The notes under the pieces were generated by a model. That model was not told the DNA's origin, ran no database searches, and worked only from the letters and a program-made list of their open reading frames with translations. A program made the translations under genes and the position numbers. This document shows positions 57,881 to 64,000 of a DNA stretch of 64,000 nt, piece by piece. Within the stretch, counting starts at the first letter, position 1. Each line of letters opens with the position of its first letter. The stretch covers positions 192,001 to 256,000 of the forward strand of contig CAVVUN010000015.1 in the NCBI GenBank assembly GCA_963751455.1, written 5' to 3'. Origin of the DNA: Nitrospirota bacterium (GTDB lineage Bacteria; Nitrospirota; UBA9217).

Positions 57881-59668
57881 TCACTCCGCTCTTACCAGGT
57901 CCTCGAACCTGATGTCAACCCCGAATACGCCTATTATCTCCTCGCCTCCCGAAACGATGGGCGCAGAGACGGTTATGCAGAGAGCACCGGTAATTTTCGA
58001 AGTATAAAAATCGGACACGAAGCTCTTTCCCGTTTTCATCGGATTGATGAACCAGGGCCGGTCCGAGAAGTTGTCGCCGAGGCCAGAATGCTCGTACTTG
58101 GCTTTGTTTTCTATGTCTGTGACGTTCTTCGTGATCTTTCTCCCTTCGGGATTGACCACGTACGCGAACTGGATGTAGGGGTCCTCCCGCTGGAGTTTTT
58201 CCATGACCGTTTCCTGGACTGCTGAATCCATCGAGCGCATTTCGGCTTTCGCGACGAAGTCTTCCACGATGTGGCGGGCAAGTTCGGACGCCTTTTTTTT
58301 CAGCCGGTCGAGGTCTGACATGAAGTATTCAGGCAGATACTTTTTTGCCCGCTCGAGCAGCTCGTCGTGCGACATGCTGGTCGTTCGACCCTGCTCGTAC
58401 AGTTCCATGACCCATTTATTTATTTTCGCAAGCCCGGGGTGCCGTTTGTCGATCTTTCTATCGGAGTCGAGATGCAGGTGACTGTTTACCCAGTGCGCGA
58501 TACCCGCTACACCGGACTTGTCGGTGATGATTACGCCCATCGGCCGCTTCAGGATCTTCGAGGTATCGAAGATATTGTAGATCTCCTCATTCTTCATCAT
58601 GCCGTCGGCGTGGATGCCCGCGCTCGTTGAGTTGAACTCCGAGCCCACAAAGGGGTAGTTCGAGGGGATCGGAAACATCATTTCCTTCCGGAAATACTCC
58701 GCCATCTCGGTGATGGCAGTTGTATCGATCCCTGCGTCGTCTCCCATCAGACTGATATAATCGATCAGCATTGCCTCGACCGGGGTGTTTCCAGTCCGCT
58801 CCCCGAAGCCGAGCAGGGCGCCGTTTACGGCCGAGCAGCCGTACAGCCAGGCAGCCACACCGTTGATGAGACCCTTGTGGAAGTCATTATGACCATGCCA
58901 CTCCAACTGCTCGGACGGCACGCCGCCGTCGTGAATGAGCGAGTAAAAAATTTCGGGAACCCCGCGCGGCAGCGCTGTGCCGGGGAAGGGGAACCCGTAC
59001 CCCATTGTGTCGCAGGCCCTGATCTTGACCGGAATTTTCGCGGCCTCAGAGAGCTTCATCAATTCCTGGGCAAACGGTACCACAAAGCCGTAGAAATCTG
59101 CGCGGGTAATGTCCTCCAGGTGGCAGCGGGGAATGATGCCTTGATCAAGCGAAGTCCGGACGATGTCCAGGTACGCCTTCAACGCGTCTTTCCGGCTCAT
59201 GTTGAGCTTCAGGAATATATGATAATCGGAGCACGAGGTGAGGATGCCGGTTTCCTTGAGGCCGATTTCTTTCACGAGTTTGAAGTCGTTCTTGTTGGCC
59301 CGGATCCAGCCCGTAATTTCGGGATATTGATAGCCGCGCTCGATGCAGAGCCGGACTGCCTCGCGGTCCTTCTCCGAATACAGAAAGAACTCGGTCTGGC
59401 GGATTACGCCATTCGGTCCGCTCATGCGATGAAGGAAGTCGAAGATGTCGGAAATTTGTTTCGGAGTGTACGGCGGCCGTGACTGCTGTCCGTCCCGAAA
59501 CGTGGTGTCCGTAATCCAGATGTCCTGCGGGATGTTCGTCTGGATAAGCCGCTCTTCAAGCACCACGCGGGGAATACTTGAGTAGGGGAAGCTGTCGCGG
59601 TACAGGACAGGCTCTTTTACGTCCTTGAGTTCGAAGGGTGTTTTTGTTGTCTTTTTTCGGATGGGCAC
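57881..59668 (-). CDS. Re-citrate synthase-like DRE-TIM enzyme with a C-terminal Cache/PDC domain
   Basis: ITDTTFRDGQQS, HGHNDF, GERTGN, AGIHADG; tail SDRPWF..SDFYTS..TGALCITVSAPI..GVFGVD. Confidence 0.82.
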   Translation of the reverse strand: MPIRKKTTKTPFELKDVKEPVLYRDSFPYSSIPRVVLEERLIQTNIPQDIWITDTTFRDGQQSRPPYTPKQISDIFDFLHRMSGPNGVIRQTEFFLYSEKDREAVRLCIERGYQYPEITGWIRANKNDFKLVKEIGLKETGILTSCSDYHIFLKLNMSRKDALKAYLDIVRTSLDQGIIPRCHLEDITRADFYGFVVPFAQELMKLSEAAKIPVKIRACDTMGYGFPFPGTALPRGVPEIFYSLIHDGGVPSEQLEWHGHNDFHKGLINGVAAWLYGCSAVNGALLGFGERTGNTPVEAMLIDYISLMGDDAGIDTTAITEMAEYFRKEMMFPIPSNYPFVGSEFNSTSAGIHADGMMKNEEIYNIFDTSKILKRPMGVIITDKSGVAGIAHWVNSHLHLDSDRKIDKRHPGLAKINKWVMELYEQGRTTSMSHDELLERAKKYLPEYFMSDLDRLKKKASELARHIVEDFVAKAEMRSMDSAVQETVMEKLQREDPYIQFAYVVNPEGRKITKNVTDIENKAKYEHSGLGDNFSDRPWFINPMKTGKSFVSDFYTSKITGALCITVSAPIVSGGEEIIGVFGVDIRFEDLVRAE

Positions 59669-59779
59669 AACAACCTCCAGAGACGAAATAATTTATTGTA
59701 AATTGTAAAGTTCAAATTTTAAATTGCAAAAATGACGGCTCAAGATCAAATGATATTCACTTTGCATCTTACAATGCCA

Positions 59780-60436
59780 TTACGCTCCTCTGATTGCCCG
59801 GATCGCCCCTGCATAATCTTTTTGACCGAAGATCGCAGAACCGGCTACCAGTACATCGGCGCCCGCGCGAATTATCTTTGCAGCATTTTCCGGCTTTACT
59901 CCACCGTCAACCTCAATCTCGGTTTTGAGGGCCAAATCATTAATCCGCTTCCGAAGCGCTGTGATCTTGTCCAGGGCCGAATGGATAAACGCCTGGCCCC
60001 CGAAGCCCGGGTTCACAGACATGATCAGCACTATGTCCACGTCCTGAAGGACATAATCGAGGCTTGAGAGCGGCGTTGCCGGGTTGAGTGAAACGCCTGC
60101 TTTCACTTTCTGCTCTTTGATGGACTGAACCAGCCGGTTCAAGTGAAATCCTGTTTCCACGTGGACTGTGATCGAGTCAGCCCCGGCTTTTGCAAAATCG
60201 GCCACGTAAAGCTCCGGGTTCGTGATCATCAGATGGACGTCGAGCGGCAGCTTCGTTGACCGGCGGGCAGCTTCCACGATAAGGGGGCCGATGGTTATGT
60301 TCGGAACAAAATGACCGTCCATGACGTCAATGTGAATTATGTCGGCGCCCGCCGCCTCTACCGACCTGATTTCCTCGCCCAGACGGGAGAAGTCGGCCGA
60401 GAGAATGGAAGGAGCTATCTTGATTTTTATCGTCAT
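59780..60436 (-). CDS. rpe: ribulose-phosphate 3-epimerase
   Basis: [37 protein letters not shown]. Confidence 0.97.
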   Translation of the reverse strand: MTIKIKIAPSILSADFSRLGEEIRSVEAAGADIIHIDVMDGHFVPNITIGPLIVEAARRSTKLPLDVHLMITNPELYVADFAKAGADSITVHVETGFHLNRLVQSIKEQKVKAGVSLNPATPLSSLDYVLQDVDIVLIMSVNPGFGGQAFIHSALDKITALRKRINDLALKTEIEVDGGVKPENAAKIIRAGADVLVAGSAIFGQKDYAGAIRAIRGA

Positions 60437-60463
60437 AGTTTCCTCGGGGAAGAATGCACTTTT

Positions 60464-60531
60464 GTCATTCCGAGCGGAGCGAGGAATCTCGCTTTCGCAT
60501 GTAATAGACCCTTCGCTTCGCTCAGGGTGAC
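60464..60531. repeat. REP-like inverted doublet
   Basis: GTCATTCCGAGCGGAGCGAGGAATCT ... AGACCCTTCGCTTCGCTCAGGGTGAC. Confidence 0.8.
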
Positions 60532-60580
60532 GGGTTCTAAGCCATGAACCCGTCAATTTGCATTTTACATTTGAAATAAA

Positions 60581-61294
60581 TTATTTATTTACGACGATCT
60601 CCACGCTGCTGTCCGTTGCCACGGGCGAACCGGTCGCCGGCTTCTGATTGATGACCGCCCGCTCCCGCTCCGGCTTGCCTCCGGGGCCGGCATAGGCCAG
60701 CCGGTGACGGAGGCCCATCCTTTCCAAGATCTTTACGGCCTGTTCCGGCTTTTTCCCGACCAGGTCAGGCATGACCATGAGTGCCGTTTTTCTGCCGGAG
60801 CTGACCAGCAGGCTTATCCTGCCTCCCCTGTCGAGCGGGGTGTCCGGCGGCGGAGATTGTGCGATCACAACGTCGCGGTCCACGCTGTCGGAGGATATTC
60901 TGGCGAACGCGGCAGGCAAAAATCCGGCCTGCCGGATCACGGCGTCCGCTTTGCGATACAGCTGTCCCGCAAGCTTCGGCGCCAGCAGATCGCTCGGCCC
61001 CTGGCTCAAGACGATGCGGACCTGGCGGCCTTTTTTTATGCCGGTTCCTGGAGGAGGCGACTGGGAGATAACAACGTCGCGGGGAAGCGCGGGGCTCGGT
61101 TCCCGCCGGTCAACCTTGAGTTGAAGGCCCTGCTGCCTCACGATTTCGATCACGGTGACTATGTCCTGCCCGATGAGATCGGGGGTGCGCACCTCTTCCT
61201 GCTGCAGCAGCAGCGCTACTACTGCGAAAGCGCTGATGATGCCGACGCCGCCCAGAGCGAAGAATATTCCCAAACCTCTTAAAAAACGTTTCAT
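60581..61294 (-). CDS. PASTA-domain protein (3 repeats, N-terminal TM)
   Basis: PDLIG, VISQSP, MPDLVG, VINQKP. Confidence 0.9.
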   Translation of the reverse strand: MKRFLRGLGIFFALGGVGIISAFAVVALLLQQEEVRTPDLIGQDIVTVIEIVRQQGLQLKVDRREPSPALPRDVVISQSPPPGTGIKKGRQVRIVLSQGPSDLLAPKLAGQLYRKADAVIRQAGFLPAAFARISSDSVDRDVVIAQSPPPDTPLDRGGRISLLVSSGRKTALMVMPDLVGKKPEQAVKILERMGLRHRLAYAGPGGKPERERAVINQKPATGSPVATDSSVEIVVNK

Positions 61295-61433
61295 GATACA
61301 GGGACCTATTGTACAGGCAATTTGTTGAAGAATCAAGAATAAGATAAGTGAGTGTAATTTCAGGATGCAGGATGCACGAGGCACGATAAATGAGTAATAA
61401 TATCCAGACTGAGCCTGCATCCTGGATCGTGGA

Positions 61434-62759
61434 TCATTTGTTTTTTATCAGCCTTACCGCAAAAAACCCGTCCATGACCGGTTCTTTCGGGAAGGTGCGA
61501 AAAAATCCCTGGCTATCGACGAGCGAAGCTGCTTCACGCGGAAGAAACGGCCTCGAATCATCGATCCGGAAGGCCTCCGGCCGGTCAAGGAAAGAGAATA
61601 TTACGTCTTCATTTTCTTCAGGTTCCGTGGTGCAAGTCGCGTAGACCAGGGCGCCACCCGGTTTCAGCAGCGAGGCGCAATTACCGAGTATTCTTGCCTG
61701 GAGCTGAGCGCGCTCCCTGATGACCTGCTCGGATTTGTTCCAGCGTCCGTCGGGATGTCTTCTCAGCACTCCCAGTCCTGAGCAGGGCGCATCGATCAGT
61801 ATTTTATCGAACAAGCCGCCTTCCCTGTATCGAGCAGCATCTCCCCTCACCGTCGTGATTATGGTAACGCCCAGTCTCGCGCTGTTTTCGTTGATTTTGG
61901 CGATGCGATCGGCTTCAATGTCGAGGGCCGTGACGCTGCCTTTATTCTCCATAAGCTCGGCCAGGTGGGTTGCTTTGCCGCCGGGCGCCGAGCACGCATC
62001 CAGGACCTTTTCGCCGGGGTGAGGATCGAGTATCAGGCTGACGAGTTGGGCGGCCTGGTCCTGCACCATGAACAGTCCATTCTGATATGATCCAAGCGAG
62101 CGCAAGCCGGATGAAGAAAGAATGTCGATGCCGGATTCGGACCATCGTGTCTCAACCGCTTCCGACCCTTCGGACCGCAGCTTGCTCAACAGATCCTGCC
62201 TTGTGGTCCTGAGCGTATTTGTCCTGACCGTGAGAGGCGCAGGTTCGTTATTCCCCCGAAGAATTATTTCCGCTGTTTTCAGGCCGAGCCGGGCGGTCCA
62301 GCGCCGTACCAGCCACGCGGGATGGGAATAGAGAATGGAAAGGTTCTCGACGGGGTCTTCTGAAATCGTCGAGGGCAGGGAAACGCGCTTCCGGTCAAGG
62401 TTCCTGAGCAGGCCGTTGACGAAGCCGCTTTTCTTCCCATGCTCCTTGGCCAACTCGGCTGCCGTGTTCACCGCTGCGCTGACGGGCACCTTGTCCAGGA
62501 AGAGCATCTGGTAGGCGGCGAGGCGCAGAACGTTTCTGGTCCACCCATCGGTCTGAGAAATAGGCTGGGCTGAAAAGCGATTGAGGGTCCAATCGAGACG
62601 GGCGCGGTTCCTGAGGACCCCGTAGACGATTTCCGTAACAAAGGCCCTGTCGCGAGGGTCAAATTTCTGCCTTGCCTCATCAAGCAGCATGTCCGCAAAG
62701 GCGCCTTCCTCTGCCCGTTTGAGAATCTGGAGCGCCTTTTCGCGTGGTTTATCTTTCAT
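61434..62759 (-). CDS. rsmB: 16S rRNA m5C967 methyltransferase
   Basis: NusB-like N-terminus, SHP.W, LDACSAPGGKA, DAPCSG, YATCT. Confidence 0.95.
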   Translation of the reverse strand: MKDKPREKALQILKRAEEGAFADMLLDEARQKFDPRDRAFVTEIVYGVLRNRARLDWTLNRFSAQPISQTDGWTRNVLRLAAYQMLFLDKVPVSAAVNTAAELAKEHGKKSGFVNGLLRNLDRKRVSLPSTISEDPVENLSILYSHPAWLVRRWTARLGLKTAEIILRGNNEPAPLTVRTNTLRTTRQDLLSKLRSEGSEAVETRWSESGIDILSSSGLRSLGSYQNGLFMVQDQAAQLVSLILDPHPGEKVLDACSAPGGKATHLAELMENKGSVTALDIEADRIAKINENSARLGVTIITTVRGDAARYREGGLFDKILIDAPCSGLGVLRRHPDGRWNKSEQVIRERAQLQARILGNCASLLKPGGALVYATCTTEPEENEDVIFSFLDRPEAFRIDDSRPFLPREAASLVDSQGFFRTFPKEPVMDGFFAVRLIKNK

Positions 62760-62820
62760 GGGTTCAGGAACGAAGAAATAAACTGCCGGTTGAGAGAAGC
62801 AATCGTGAACATCATTGCGG

Positions 62821-63594
62821 CTAATCGTCTTGGGAGCGAGGGTGACCGTTCGCGAGAAAGTCGAGCGCATCGGACACCTTCCCGATGTCCACGCTTGTAT
62901 TGAAGCACGGCCCATACGGCCGTTCGTTCAGAATGCCGATGACCGGCAGGGGGTAGGCGTCCTGGATGCCGCTCGTCAGGTCCCGTTCACAGGCTACCGC
63001 GATGATCGCCTGCGGTTTCGCCTCGGCAACTCGCCGGCGGGCGAGGGTCCCGCCGGTTGCGACCGAGAGATGCACATCGTGTTTTTTCGCCAGCATCACC
63101 AGATCCTTGATTTTGCATTTGCCGCACGCCTGGCATTTGTACGCGTCCGTCGTGATCTTTATAGCGCAGTCGTTGAGCTGGAGGCAATGCGGCATGAGAA
63201 GCAGCACGCGCTTCGGTTTTATGTCGCGGCATTTCGCCTTGACCAGGAGATTGTTCACCTCGACAAAGGACTGCTGTATTTTTTCCTTGGAAATGCCCAG
63301 GAGTTTGCCCACCCCGATCATAATCGGAAAGAGAACCTCGATGACGACGCCCCGCAGACGAGACGCAAGAAAAATTTCCCTGCCCCTGATGAGGGTCAGG
63401 ATCAGCAGTCCCACGCCCAGGATGAGAACGCCGAGGACCGCGCCCATGGTATAGCAGACAAGCCGGGGAGCAAGCGGGTGGATATTCTTCAGCCCGATGT
63501 AGGGTATGAGGTAGAGCCCTACGGTGATCGCCGTGATTAGAAACACGGTAAATACGATCAGGCCGATGAATATGCGTTTTTTGGGTTCAGACAT
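62821..63594 (-). CDS. DUF116 domain protein
   Basis: LMPHCLQ, CQACGKC, VATGGT, AVACERDL. Confidence 0.88.
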   Translation of the reverse strand: MSEPKKRIFIGLIVFTVFLITAITVGLYLIPYIGLKNIHPLAPRLVCYTMGAVLGVLILGVGLLILTLIRGREIFLASRLRGVVIEVLFPIMIGVGKLLGISKEKIQQSFVEVNNLLVKAKCRDIKPKRVLLLMPHCLQLNDCAIKITTDAYKCQACGKCKIKDLVMLAKKHDVHLSVATGGTLARRRVAEAKPQAIIAVACERDLTSGIQDAYPLPVIGILNERPYGPCFNTSVDIGKVSDALDFLANGHPRSQDD

Positions 63595-63632
63595 TTGATT
63601 AAAGGATTAGTGCAAACGTCAAATTGCAAATT

Positions 63633-64000
63633 TCAAATTGATTTTTGTGAATTTTCGAATTTCTTCCCTATTATTCCCCGGTGTCCCCGGAGAAATTCAG
63701 GTCCGGACATGACTTTTCCGCCGGCGGGCTGTACCTTGAGCAATCGCAGGCGGCCTCTGCCTGCGCCGACCTCGGGCGTCTCTCCGCTTCCACGGTAGAC
63801 AAGAGCCGGCTCGGCTTCTTCCGCAAGTACCTCTGCTTCCTGTATCTTCACGAGGCCTCCTTCGAGGAATGAATATGCGCCGGGCCACGGGAAAAGGCCC
63901 CTGATGCGGTACTCTATCTCGGCTGCCGGAACGGTCCAGTCGATAAGACCATTCTCTTTTTTCAAGGGCGGAGCCGATGTTGCCTTCGAACCGTCCTGGG
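63633..64000 (-). CDS. fmt: methionyl-tRNA formyltransferase, C-terminal part (runs off the window)
   Basis: APPLKKENGLIDW, IRGLFPWPGAY, VQPAGGKVM..EF.RG; synteny fmt-DUF116-rsmB. Confidence 0.92.
   Translation of the reverse strand, partial: QDGSKATSAPPLKKENGLIDWTVPAAEIEYRIRGLFPWPGAYSFLEGGLVKIQEAEVLAEEAEPALVYRGSGETPEVGAGRGRLRLLKVQPAGGKVMSGPEFLRGHRGIIGKKFENSQKSI

Noticed and set aside
60437-60556. N-terminal extension of Rpe (similar extensions on the NmrA, RsmB, PASTA, radical SAM and cupin ORFs)
   Set aside because: The extensions run through repeats, the riboswitch or intergenic DNA; downstream ATGs, often with an RBS, match the family starts.

Overview
Bacterial genomic window. Gene content and repeat types suggest Nitrospirota or Desulfobacterota (inference). 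From about 0.8 to 32 kb it is accessory DNA. It holds an array of RAYT-end repeats, a 5'-truncated IS110 with a long 3' non-coding end, and a visibly AT-rich 12.9-kb two-operon system. That system has two sigma54 promoters. Operon 1 encodes an orphan protein, a SAM methyltransferase, an NMT1/THI5-type ABC importer, a thymidylate-synthase-like enzyme, a LOG-family hydrolase, a soluble histidine kinase and an NtrC-type activator. Operon 2 has a structured leader, then an MppJ-like methyltransferase-cupin fusion, an LdpA-like Fe-S protein, an HpcH-like aldolase and an AlaX tRNA-editing protein. Next come a DNA methyltransferase-Z1-hypothetical locus, four RAYT copies interleaved with three toxin-antitoxin pairs and a SWIM gene, and an intact IS1380. 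From about 32 to 64 kb it is mostly signalling and housekeeping genes (histidine kinase, GEMM riboswitch-NmrA, GGDEF-EAL, radical SAM, recQ, nupC, UbiB kinase, Re-citrate-synthase-like, rpe, rsmB, fmt), separated by mosaic palindromic repeats. The best candidate for an undescribed system is the 3.0-15.9 kb locus, which looks like a self-inducing modified-pyrimidine signalling circuit controlling a pathway for a non-proteinogenic amino acid with tRNA-editing self-protection. The runner-up is the RAYT array, whose end motif cuts off neighbouring genes and whose copies carry an 81-bp in-frame insert. All assignments come from motif recognition by eye; no database searches were run.
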